A model generated the notes under the pieces. The model was not told where the DNA came from. It saw only the letters and a list, made by a program, of their open reading frames with translations, and searched no databases. A program made the translations under genes and the position numbers. A stretch of DNA of 64,000 bases from Octopus vulgaris (Eukaryota), in assembly GCA_951406725.2 (NCBI GenBank), contig CATOCA020000001.1:7316001-7380000 (forward strand), written 5' to 3'. Shown piece after piece: positions 23,195-33,205 of the stretch (the stretch's first letter is position 1; the number at the start of each line of letters is the position of its first letter).

Positions 23195-23395
23195 TGTTTT
23201 CTCCTTCTTCTTCTTCTTCATCATCATCATCGTTATCATCATCATCGGCGTCATCATCATCGCCACCATCATCACCACCATCTTCTCCTTCTCCTCCTCC
23301 TTCTTCTTCATCATCATCGTTATCATCATCATCGTCGTCATAATCATCATCACCATCATCTTCTCCTTCTCCTTCTTCTTCTTCTTCTTCTTCTC
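23195..23395. repeat. (CAT/CTT)n trinucleotide tract in the Penelope 3' UTR
   Basis: Direct reading. Confidence 0.9.
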
Positions 23396-23526
23396 CACCC
23401 CTACCCCTTAAGTTTGTCACGAATGTTTTTTAGTATAACACCTACGCTGGTTCTATAAACAAACCTGTCAATGTGGACATTCTCCTGGGTTGAACTGGGG
23501 CTGCCGGCCGCCGCTGACCGTTCGAA

Positions 23527-23840
23527 GTGCGGCCATCGGGGCGCTCCCGGATTCTCCCACCCCCCCTTTCCTCACCAGCCTTCCCTCTACTACCCTACCA
23601 AGAACTCACAACGACCTCCGACACACAAGTGCAAACAAGGGAGTCAGAGAAAGGCAGAATGCCACTTAAATCTGAACACTACTATAGAAATATTCTTTTA
23701 AAAAAACTTTTCTTCTAATTTTTCTAAATTTAATTATTTAATCGTTACAGTTGAAAAGGTCTCAAAATGACCGAAACCGGTACTGAAATGTTCACTATAA
23801 AATTATTTTAGCATTTTCTATTTTTGACTTGTTTTTTCAT
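23527..23840 (+). repeat. 3' pseudo-LTR (portion matched by the inverted copy)
   Basis: Reverse complement of 20687-20999. Confidence 0.93.
23748..23785 (+). ncRNA. Minimal type I hammerhead ribozyme, U3-A8 core variant
   Basis: cag TTGAAAA GGTC tcaaaat GACC GAAAC cg GTA ctg: stem I cag/ctg, stem II GGTC/GACC, palindromic stem III ACCGGT. Confidence 0.78.
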
Positions 23841-23872
23841 ATATATCAACTCGTGTGTTCCTTTTCACCCTT

Positions 23873-23922
<50 letters not shown>

Positions 23923-23924
23923 TA

Positions 23925-24245
23925 TTTTTCTCGTTTCAGTCATTTGACTGCAGCCATGCTGGAGCATCGCTCTTTAGTCGATCAAATCTACCCCAGGACC
24001 TATACTTTGGAAGCCTAATACTTATTCTATCGGTCTCATTTGCCGAACACACCACCATCGGTTGTCAAGCGATCTTGGGGGGACAAATACAGATACAGTT
24101 TTCATCTACCAAATCCACTCACAGGGCGCTGGTCTCCCCGAGGCTATAGCAGAAGATACTTGCCCAAGGTGCCACGGAGTGGGAATGAACACGAAACCAT
24201 ATGGTTGGTAAACAAAATAATTACCACACAGCCACTCCTGCGCCT
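23925..24245 (-). mobile_element. SINE family 1; mirror about 28500-28820
   Basis: gtttcagtcatttgactgcagccatgctggagc ... accacacagccactcctgcgcc. Confidence 0.85.
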
Positions 24246-24374
24246 ATACATACATATATATATACATATATATACATATATATACATATATTTATATTTA
24301 CATTTACATTTATATTTATATACATGCACATACATATGCATGCCCGGTTTGTATGACCAAGTGGTGCAGATGAG

Positions 24375-24775
24375 CTGTGATCTTTGTGGGTCCTAAAGTG
24401 TATTGAGACGTCCCTTAGATTTTCAGACCTTCTGGCATACAGAGTATTGAAATGTGTGCACAGACATATACGCAGAATAGTTGGTGGAGGTTCGTTTTGT
24501 ATGGCTTCGCAACTGAGATATGGTCCAGAAATAGAATTTTCAGAAAATATTCTCCACACACAAAAGAAATTGTTGAATTTCATTTTCTCGTTGATAATAA
24601 CATTTTTCATTGATTTTGTTTTCAGTTTTGATTGGGTCATCCTGGCTTCTTCAAAACTTTCAATGCAATTTTGTTTGCCATTGAACTCGGTCTGAAGCAA
24701 GGGTTTCTATGGCTTTTGGATCAATTCCAACTGACATTTCATTTTATTTCCTTACAAAGTACTTAAAATACCTCT
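24375..24775 (-). pseudogene. Degraded RTE LINE 3' fragment; mirror about 27970-28370 (+)
   Basis: Across frames: [18 protein letters not shown] / CIESFEEARMTQSKLK / FQYSVCQKV*KSKG..HFRTHK, resembling an RTE C-terminus with a C2H2 finger. Confidence 0.6.
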
Positions 24776-24780
24776 CTTAT

Positions 24781-24831
<51 letters not shown>

Positions 24832-24870
24832 GTGTGTGTGTGTATGTATATGCATGTATATATGTATGTA

Positions 24871-24959
<89 letters not shown>

Positions 24960-25014
24960 TATATCTATAAATATATTTATATACATACGTATATATATAA
25001 ACATATATATATAT

Positions 25015-25135
25015 ATCACGTGATCACGTGTCCGACTAGACCATCAGATGTTGCTACACATTGCTGGTCACAATGCGTTCGCATTATTTTAGCCTTCGAA
25101 TGACGCCACCCCGCTGGCTAAGCGAGCAGGTCAAT
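25015..25135 (-). mobile_element. SINE family 2 3' fragment; mirror about 27660-27780
   Basis: ccatcagatgttgctacacattgctggtcacaatgcg matches 25778-25815. Confidence 0.8.
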
Positions 25136-25177
25136 GTATATATATATATATAAATATATACATATATATATGTATGA

Positions 25178-25222
<45 letters not shown>

Positions 25223-25237
25223 AATGTATATATATAT

Positions 25238-25437
25238 TGTTATATTTCGGAATGGTCATATTGCCAGTTTAGCCAATAAAAACACACGCACTATATATTT
25301 GGTGTTATTTTGCTTCAGTGATATTTATTTTTTACATTAATCTTAATCTTATTTCGGCCAAAGTACATTCGTCACACTCCTGTGACCGCATCAGTGGTCC
25401 TTTGTTTTCTTCTCACTTATTTGTGTCTCTCCTTACT
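25238..25437 (-). repeat. Copy A of ~200-bp pLTR-like repeat (inner end of left arm)
   Basis: Direct repeat of 27114-27313 and inverted repeat of 27341-27541; hammerhead-like motif at 25356-25400. Confidence 0.9.
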
Positions 25438-25637
25438 CTCTGGAGATGCTGACCCATCACCTGTGTTATCCAGAAACTGAGATATTAACTACTTCTACTT
25501 CTCCATTTTTCATTCCACTCTAATTAAATATTCTAAATGACCCGAGATACTCGCCCTGTTTTGGTTTTCATTTATTTTCCTTTAATATGTATGTATGTAT
25601 CTCTCTTTCTATATATATATAGATATATATATGTATG

Positions 25638-25683
<46 letters not shown>

Positions 25684-25755
25684 TATATAAATTTATACGT
25701 CTGTATGTATATATGTATACATATATATATATATTTATATATATATATATATATA

Positions 25756-26048
25756 TCACCGTGATCACCGTGACCGACCATCAGATGTTGCTACACATCG
25801 CTGGTCACAATGCGTTTGTATTGTTTTAGCCTTCGACCGACGCTACCCCGCTGGTTCAGCGAGCAGGCCAACAGAAGAAAGAGTGAGAGAAAGAGTGGTG
25901 AAAGGGTACAGCAGGAATCACCACCCCCTGTCAGAGCCTCGTGGAGCTTTTAGGTGTTTTCGCTCAATAAACACACACAACGCCCGGTCTGGGAATCGAA
26001 GCCGCGTTCCTCCGACCGCGAGTCCGCTGCCCTAACCACTGCGCCTCC
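25756..26048 (-). mobile_element. Full tRNA-derived SINE family 2 in the spacer
   Basis: Minus-strand head ggaggcgcagtggttagggcagcggactcgcggtcggaggaacgcggcttcgattccc; tail ggtcacggtgatcacggtga. Confidence 0.85.
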
Positions 26049-26092
26049 ACACACACACACACACACACACAATATATATATATATATATATG

Positions 26093-26133
<41 letters not shown>

Positions 26134-26409
26134 TATATATATATATACATATATATACACATAAGTGTGTGTGTGCCATAAGCTGTTTTCACTGTCCGTC
26201 TTGTTTATAGCAGAGAACGTTTGCTCTAGGTGCCATGCAGTGGAATTGAACCCGGAATCCTGTTGTTCAGAAACGAACTGCTGACCACACAGCCACGCCT
26301 ATACCTGTAACGCTTGTCTACGTGTCTGTGTGTGTGTCCATACATATATCACTATATACACGTTTCTAATTATATGTGTGTAAGTATGCATGTGTGTGCC
26401 TGTGTATAT

Positions 26410-26710
26410 ACAGATAATTCGATTGAATGTTAAGGTATCGGACGATGTCAGGCAGAGAGATTATGACGTCACAAGAACAAAATAGATTTAAAGAGAGAGC
26501 TTGTCATTCTCTTCTCTTCTCTCACTCTCTCCCCAAACCTTTCTTCTCTCATAATAATTACATCGAAAAAGACCTTAGAAATGAGAACCCAGGTTCGAAA
26601 TTTCCCCACGACACCTGATGAAAGCTGGAGGGTATATCAGCCGAAGCGTTGTGTTTACAACAAACAAGATGAGGACGAATATCCGTCAAATGTAAATAAT
26701 GTAAATAAGA
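26410..26710 (+). mobile_element. Penelope-type pLTR remnant with degenerate hammerhead (26611-26654)
   Basis: acac CTGATGA aa GCTG gagggtatat CAGC c GAAG cgtt gtgt: stems I and II are intact, but GAAA reads GAAG. Confidence 0.6.
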
Positions 26711-26940
26711 AGTTTTATCGTTTCAAATTTTTTAATTCTTTGCTTGTTTCAGCGTATTTTTGACCACCAAAATGACGAAGATTGTATTTTTAGCTGCATT
26801 ACTAAAGGCATTATGTGACTTCGGACTGTTCATTGCTTATACTGTCAATATAGTCGAGTGAAATACTTGACGTGTATCTAAAGGAAATGTTGACCGGCCA
26901 TAATCAAGGATATTCTGTTCGATAACAGCTTCAAAGGGCG

Positions 26941-26989
<49 letters not shown>

Positions 26990-27006
26990 GTGTGTGTATG
27001 TATATA

Positions 27007-27056
<50 letters not shown>

Positions 27057-27059
<3 letters not shown>

Positions 27060-27541
27060 TTAAATATTTGTTGTGCAAGAATTCTTATGTGAAGTCGTGT
27101 GTTGAAACAGATATTGTTATATTTCGGAATGGTCACATTGCCAGTTTAGCCAATAAAAACACACGACTATATATTTGGTGTTATTTTGCTTCAGTGATAT
27201 TTATTTTTTACATTAATCTTAATCTTATTTCGGACAAAGTTCTTTCGTCACACTCCTGTGACCGCATCAGTGGTCCTTTGTTTTCTTCTCACTTATTTGT
27301 GTCTCTCCTTACTAACCGTCTTACAAAATGGCTGACGTTTAGTAAGGAGAGACACAAATAAGTGAGAAGAAAACAAAGGACCACTGATGCGGTCACAGGA
27401 GTGTGACGAAAGAACTTTGTCCGAAATAAGATTAAGATTAATGTAAAAAATAAATATCACTGAAGCAAAATAACACCAAATATATAGTGCGTGAGTTTTT
27501 ATTGGCTAAACTGGCAATATGACCATTCCGAAATATAACAA
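27057..27541 (-). mobile_element. Fold-back mini-element: two inverted ~200-bp pLTR-like copies (B 27114-27315, C 27339-27541) with a ~55-nt one-sided tail, inserted in (TA)n
   Basis: ...gtgtctctccttactaa|ccgtcttacaaaatggctgacgt|ttagtaaggagagacac...; 23-nt spacer, of which cgtc/gacg can pair to leave a 13-nt loop. Confidence 0.85.
27378..27422 (+). ncRNA. Hammerhead-like motif (non-canonical core); also at 27232-27276 (-) and 25356-25400 (-)
   Basis: ggacca CTGATGC g GTCAC aggagt GTGAC GAAA gaac TT tgtcc; copy A has the palindromic loop gtac. Confidence 0.55.
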
Positions 27542-27553
27542 TATATATATACA

Positions 27554-27619
<66 letters not shown>

Positions 27620-27894
27620 TCATACATATATATATGTATATATTTATATATATATATATACATTGACCTGCTCGCTTAGCCAGCGGGGTGGCGTCATTCG
27701 AAGGCTAAAATAATGCGAACGCATTGTGACCAGCAATGTGTAGCAACATCAGATGGTCTAGTCGGACACGTGATCACGTGATATATATATATATATGTAT
27801 ATATATATATGTTATATATATAGTATGTATATATATATATATATATATATACGTACATACATATATACATACATATACATACACACACACACAT

Positions 27895-27970
<76 letters not shown>

Positions 27971-28819
27971 AGAGGTATTTTAAGTACTTTGTAAGGAAAT
28001 AAAATGAAATGTCAGTTGGAATTGATCCAAAAGCCATAGAAACCCTTGCTTCAGACCGAGTTCAATGGCAAACAAAATTGCATTGAAAGTTTTGAAGTAG
28101 CCAGGATGACCCAATCAAAACTGAAAACAAAATCAATGAAAAATGTTATTATCAACGAGAAAATGAAATTCAACAATTTCTTTTGTGTGTGGAGAATATT
28201 TTCTGAAAATTCTATTTCTGGACCATATCTCATTTGCGAAACCATACAAAACGAACCTCCACCAACTATTCTGCGTATATGTCTGTGCACACATTTCAAT
28301 ACTCTGTATGCCAGAAGGTCTGAAAATCTAAGGGACGTCTCAATACACTTTAGGACCCACAAAGATCACAGCTCATCTGCACCACTTGGTCATACAAACC
28401 GGGCATGCATATGTATGTGCATGTATATAAATATAAATGTAAATGTAAATATAAATATATGTATATATATGTATATATATGTATATATATATGTATGTAT
28501 AGGCGCAGGAGTGGCTGTGTGGTAATTATTTTGTTTACCAACCATATGGTTTCGTGTTCATTCCCACTCCGTGTCACCTTGGGCAAGTATCTTCTACTAT
28601 AGCCTCGGGGAGACCAGCGCCTGTGAGTGGATTTGGTAGATGAAAACTGTGTCTGTATTTGTCACCCCAAGATCGCTTGACAACCGATGGTGGTGTGTTC
28701 GGCAAATGAGACCGATAGAATAAGAACTAGGCTTCCAAAGTATAGGTCCTGGGGTAGATTTGCTCGACTAAAGAGCGATGCTCCAGCATGGGTGCAGTCA
28801 AATGACTGAAACGAGAAAA

Positions 28820-28863
<44 letters not shown>

Positions 28864-28869
28864 AATATA

Positions 28870-29170
28870 TGGCCCAGTGGTTAGTGCAACGGACTCACGG
28901 TTGTAGAATCGCGGTTTCGTTTCCCAGGCCAAGCGTTGTGAGTGATTCTTGAGCTAAAACACCTAAAGCTCCACGAGGCTCCGGCTGAGGGTGGTGGTGA
29001 TCCCTGCTGTACTCTTTCGCCACAACTTTCTCTCAGTCTTTCTTCTGTTGGCCTACTCGCTTAGCCAGCGAGGTTGCGTCATTTGAAGGCTAAAACAATA
29101 CGAAACGCATTGTGACCAGCGATGTGTAGCAGCATCTGACAGCCTGGTTGGTCACGGTGACGGTGAGGGT
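28870..29170 (+). mobile_element. SINE family 2, right arm only
   Basis: ggcccagtggttagtgcaacggactcacgg...ggtcacggtgacggtga; absent between the homologous left-arm flanks. Confidence 0.85.
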
Positions 29171-29200
29171 GTTATATATATATATATATATGTATATATG

Positions 29201-29234
<34 letters not shown>

Positions 29235-29286
29235 TGTATGTATGCATACATACATACATACATACCTACATACATACATACATACA

Positions 29287-29317
<31 letters not shown>

Positions 29318-29396
29318 GTGTGTGTATGTATGTATATATGTGTGTGTGCGTGCCTCTATGTGTATATGTATATGTATGTATATATATATATGTATA

Positions 29397-29472
<76 letters not shown>

Positions 29473-30233
29473 TACACATAGAGGCACGCACACACACATA
29501 TATACATACATACACACATACATATGTATGTATGTATGTATGTGTGCATATCTTTTGTTTTTCCTGAGTCAGTTATTAAACTGCAATCATGCTGGAGCAA
29601 CAATTTGTAAAGATTTAACCCAAAATAATTTACTCCGGCAATTTTTCTTTAGCCTACGTCTTATTCTATCGGATGTCTTTTGCCGAACCGCTACATAATG
29701 GAGACAAACACAGATTCAAAGAGAGAAAGAGAGACAAAGAGTGAGAGAATGAGGCAAATAAACATGTGAAACTTCTTGGGATTGATATATAAAATAAATA
29801 TCAATGGATAGATGTTAGCAGAGAGGAAGCAAAGATTGAGGATGTTCCACTCTCTGCTTTGTCTTTATCTCCGTGTATCCATGGATTTCTGTTGCAGCCA
29901 CTCTTCATGTCGGGGACTTGGTCGTCGGTAAAGCTTTCCGAGTCGAAGTTGAATCTGTTTGGTAGCTGCTAAGTGTTTTCTACATTGAGAATCTCTTGAG
30001 ATCTGTTAAATCTCTCACACTCTCTCTCTCTCTCTTTCTCTTTCTCTCTCTATCTATCTATCTATCTCTCTCTCTCTCTATCTATCTATCTCTCTTTCTC
30101 TCTCTCTGACGTCTGTATATATATATGAATATATTTGTGTGTGTGTGTGTGTGTTTATATATGTATGTATAGATGTATGCATATGCTTATAGTATATATT
30201 TATTGAATATATATATATATATACATGTGTATC

Positions 30234-30269
<36 letters not shown>

Positions 30270-33162
30270 CATTTCTTTCTTTCTTTTCTCATTCTCTTAC
30301 TTGTTTCAGTCATTTGACTGCGGCCATGCTGGAGCACCGCCTTTAGTCGAGCAAATCGACCCCGGGACTTATTCTTTGTAAGCCTAGTACTTATTCTATC
30401 AGTCTCTTTTGCCGAACCGCTAAGTGACGGGGACGTAAACACACCAGCATAGGTTGTCAAGCAATGCTAGAGGGACAAACACAGGCACATAAACATATAC
30501 ACATATGCATTACATATATACGACAGGCTTCTTTCAGTTTCCGTCTACCAAATCCACTCACAAGGCATTGGTTGGCCTGAGGCTATAGCAGAAGACACTT
30601 GCCCAAGATGCCACGCAGTGGGACTGAACCCAGAACCATGTGGTTTGTTAGCAAGCTACTTACCACACAGCCACTCCTACGTCTATGTATATATATATGC
30701 ACACATATACATACGGAACCTTCACAGCTGCTCTACTGCTTGTCATCGCCCTTAAGATGAAACTTTAATTTAACAGTTCAAGGGCAATAACTCTTGTAGA
30801 ATAAGAAGTATTACTTCCCTTAATGTTGTTAATTAAATTCCGTCTCTTTCGTGGGCCACAATATAAACGTCCCGCCAATTTTGGCGAGTTGTCCGTGTTT
30901 CAGCGGAATTGCTCAAACGGTGATTCGAAATCGATCCGCTTACCGTCGCCGTCCGATCATGCGAAAAGAAAATCAATCAGTCAGGCGGCCATCCGTTCAA
31001 TCGAGCAAGAGAAAGACGAGAAAGAAAGAGAGTGAGAGAGAAATACAGAGATAGAATGGGAGTGGGAGACAAATAGAGAGTGGGAGAATGAGAGAAGGGG
31101 AGAGAGGGAGGCAGATAGGGGTAGAGAGAGAAAGAGGAGAAAGAAAGAGAGAGAGAGTGGGAGTGAGAGGGAGAGAGAGACAAACAAGCAAGAAGAGAGA
31201 GACGGGTGACACAACGGTGCCAGAGACACACAGACAGACAGAGATATATACAGTGAGAGAGAGAAAATAGAGTGACAGAGACAGGTAGGAGAGAGAGAGA
31301 GAGTCTTTTTTCATCGTATGAGAATAGCAAGTCAGAGACAGGTATTAGTTCTTCCGTCGTTGTCGACGATGACCAAATACATTACATGGGAGAAGGAGAT
31401 GGGTAACGGTGTGTCCGGCAGTTGTCGTCCAGTCCGATACGTGCTGGGAAGTCTTTGCCACAGGTCGGGCAATGGTTGTCTGCTGGGTCTGAAGGCAAGA
31501 AGCCGACTCTGGACCCGCATAATTGAAGCTTTCTTTGCTCTTGTAATACTTTTTTCTAGGGTGCAAGGTGTACGGGGTCAAGTAGTACCTCTGTCAAGGG
31601 CATATGCAGTGACCTTTGGAGTAGTCCGTCCGCTTTGTTCCTCCTGTGACACCCACCTCTCATCTGTGGTTCATCAATGCTGTCTGCATGCAACAGTATC
31701 CACACCCAGGCTCACGGCTTCCACAGGCTGGCTAAACCTTGGTAAGGGTAGCACACGGCCTTTAACCATTGGTGGGCTAGGGTTTGTCTATCTAAGGATG
31801 TGAACCGGTGGAGTGTGCTGAGGAAACCACTAGACAGGCTCAATGGACCCGCAAGCTTTGTGGAGGGTGAACTGCAACCTGTCTGTAGTTTTCTTGACTT
31901 CATCCTTCCACTGGAATAACATAGGAAAGGACGAGAGAGTGAGCCAAATGCTATTGTGCAACCTTCCCTCACTTTAATCCATGTCACGCTCAATTCAAGA
32001 TATCACACCATCCCTAGGGTCAGGTAAAATATTGGGTTGGTGCATAATTATTGCGGCTATTTTTCAACAAATAATATTCAACAAAAACAATAAAACTATT
32101 TATCAGAAACATCTTTACATGACCGTCTATCAAGCGAATGGGAAGCAGTTATTGAAGTAGATGGTGAATATGCTCCGGAATAATCATTTAAAGATGTTTT
32201 TGTTACATGTTATTGTTTTTGTTGAATAAAATTTGTTGAAAAAAGCCGCAATAATTATGCACCAATCCAATATATGGACACACACACACACAAGTCGGCC
32301 GACAATGGCAAAGAGACGGACGGAACAACGGTTCGCCTATTGATGAGAGAATCGGATGTGAGGACATCTGGATGGAACACCGCTTTAGAGAGCATCGTGC
32401 GGTGTGTGGAGGGAGAGAAAGGGACGGAGCGACGGCGAATGATGCCTATTATTAAAAAGAGTGAGAATAATATAAAATAGTGTTTATAACACATTATCGA
32501 TAAATATCGAACATTGATCAATGGAATTAGTACAGATTGCGACTCCACGTCACTGATTCGTTTTTTATTTCGCTTTTTCACATTTCCAATTCTTTACTTT
32601 TCCTTTCACTCTGCCTGCAATCGTCACACAGGTTGCATGGTCGCTGGAGTGAAGGCAAGTGGCTTAGAGGTTAGGGGTATTCGGCTTAGATTTGGGGTGA
32701 TATATTAATATATGCTGAGGTGGGAGAGCGAGGATTTTCTAAGTACCCTTAATTTTTATATGAGTGACAACACAAAACTTTGATATACTTGGCTGTTATT
32801 TCTAGCATCACCTAGGCCACCAATTGTATATTATTCCTCCGGATGCTTCTTAACGTCTCCTTCAATCTTTCATGAAAAACAATGCAGAATATAGTGTATT
32901 GAACTGTTATTTCTACCATCTTACCCGACCACCTGTAGGACAATATGTTTGATAGACGCTTCGTCAAGTGTCCTGCTTTTATAAAATAAAAACTTTAGGA
33001 ATTTCAAGGTGTTTGGTTGCTGTTTCACGAATGATGCGAGACAATAGAGAGGTGAGATTCTTTTATAAAAGTCGAAATTGTTTTGGGAGGGAAACAATGA
33101 GATTAAGGGAAAGAAAGAGAGTGAGAGAGAGAGAGAGTAAAAAGAAGGAAAGAATGAAAGAG

Positions 33163-33205
<43 letters not shown>

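Larger units (their letters stand above)
20687..23874 (+). mobile_element. Penelope-like retrotransposon (Neptune-like), 5'-truncated with inverted pseudo-LTR, inserted in (TA)n; left arm only
   Basis: RT plus GIY-YIG ORF; 20687-20999 is the reverse complement of 23527-23840; ~28-nt tail at 23847-23874; (TA)n on both sides. Confidence 0.95.
1..25437 (+). repeat. Left arm of giant inverted duplication (truncated by window start)
   Basis: Position 1 (gtgtaagtgttcaagtactcgtcgg) is the reverse complement of sequence ending at 54773. Collinear mirrored blocks continue to ...gtctctccttact at 25437. Mirrored ORF pairs include 202..471-/54304..54573+, 15187..15375-/34340..34528+ and 24221..24700-/28046..28525+. 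Confidence 0.97.

Noticed and set aside
23165-23420. Poly-D/E and poly-M/K ORFs antisense to the Penelope 3' UTR
   Set aside because: Trinucleotide-repeat translations.
20687-23840. DNA transposon suggested by 313-bp terminal inverted repeats
   Set aside because: The ORF is RT plus GIY-YIG, not a transposase, and inverted pLTRs are a known Penelope configuration.
25990-26048. tRNA gene
   Set aside because: tRNA-like head continuous with a SINE body; no complete cloverleaf.
24777-29700. YIYI/HTYI-rich ORFs
   Set aside because: (TA)n and (TACA)n microsatellite translations.
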